Assembly: GCA_001643675.2 (NCBI GenBank)
Contig: LSRY02000064.1
Coordinates: 124,001 to 188,000, forward strand
Reading direction: 5' to 3'
DNA length: 64,000 nt
Origin: Monocercomonoides exilis PA203
Lineage: Eukaryota; Protista; Preaxostyla
This document shows, one piece after another, positions 63,740 to 64,000 of the stretch; positions within the stretch are counted from its first letter, which is position 1, and the number at the start of each line of letters is the position of its first letter. A program made the translations under genes and the position numbers. Below the pieces are notes generated by a model. The model made no database searches. It had not been told where the DNA came from and saw nothing but the letters and a program-made list of their open reading frames with translations.

Positions 63740-64000
63740 ATGATTGCAATATTATTGCTGATATCGGAATTATATTCAGTTATTCAAATTCCAAGATATC
63801 CATCTTTGTTGGAATTAAGCGCAAGACCTTGGCTTTATGAACTTGGAAAGAAATATCATAAGAGTATTACAAGTTTAAGTATGATTCCAGAAGCTGAATT
63901 TCAAGCAATTTCTCAAAGTGGATATAACATTGTGTGGCTTATGGGCGTATGGAGCTTGGGACCGAAAGGATTGCAGCACGATAGAACAGATTCTGGATTG
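63740..64000 (+). CDS. Secreted GH13 alpha-amylase-family protein (5' part, runs off the window)
   Basis: Open from ATG 63740: MIAILLLISELYS..RYPSLLELSARPWLYELGKKY..IPEAEF....GYNIVWLMGVW..G, matching the N-terminus of an uncharacterised GH13 subgroup (PSLYEINTR.WL.EL..IPD.EF..GF..VWLMGVW). Not in the supplied ORF track. Confidence 0.8.
   Translation, partial: MIAILLLISELYSVIQIPRYPSLLELSARPWLYELGKKYHKSITSLSMIPEAEFQAISQSGYNIVWLMGVWSLGPKGLQHDRTDSGL

Overview
This is eukaryotic, intron-containing DNA in the standard genetic code, with an AT-rich background. Ser-rich low-complexity proteins, giant beta-helix surface proteins with pseudokinase tails and short GT-AG introns suggest a metamonad protist, most likely an oxymonad of the Monocercomonoides type (inference). 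Contents, left to right: (1) a ~4,700-aa Ser/charged low-complexity protein; (2) glucosidase II alpha (GH31, 3 exons); (3) a 5.7-kb TIR-bounded DNA transposon (21153-26875) with a spliced DDE_Tnp_4 (Harbinger/ISL2EU-like) transposase and a captured, decayed piece of a surface-protein gene; (4) a Pmp-like type I membrane protein; (5) a divergent Atg18/WIPI PROPPIN with FRRG changed to LQRG; (6) an Sfi1-repeat protein head-to-head with (7) a catalytically dead cathepsin-B-like protein; (8) an LPCAT-type acyltransferase; (9) a ~4,050-aa receptor-like beta-helix/pseudokinase protein; (10) Vps11 with its N-terminal propeller missing from the available space; (11) the 5' end of a GH13 alpha-amylase. 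The strongest novelty candidate is the Pack-type transposon, whose long TIRs are built from a 14-bp palindrome and which carries a fragment of the surface-protein family expanded nearby. Exon boundaries were inferred by eye from GT-AG sites and frame continuity. Family assignments come from motif recognition, not database searches.
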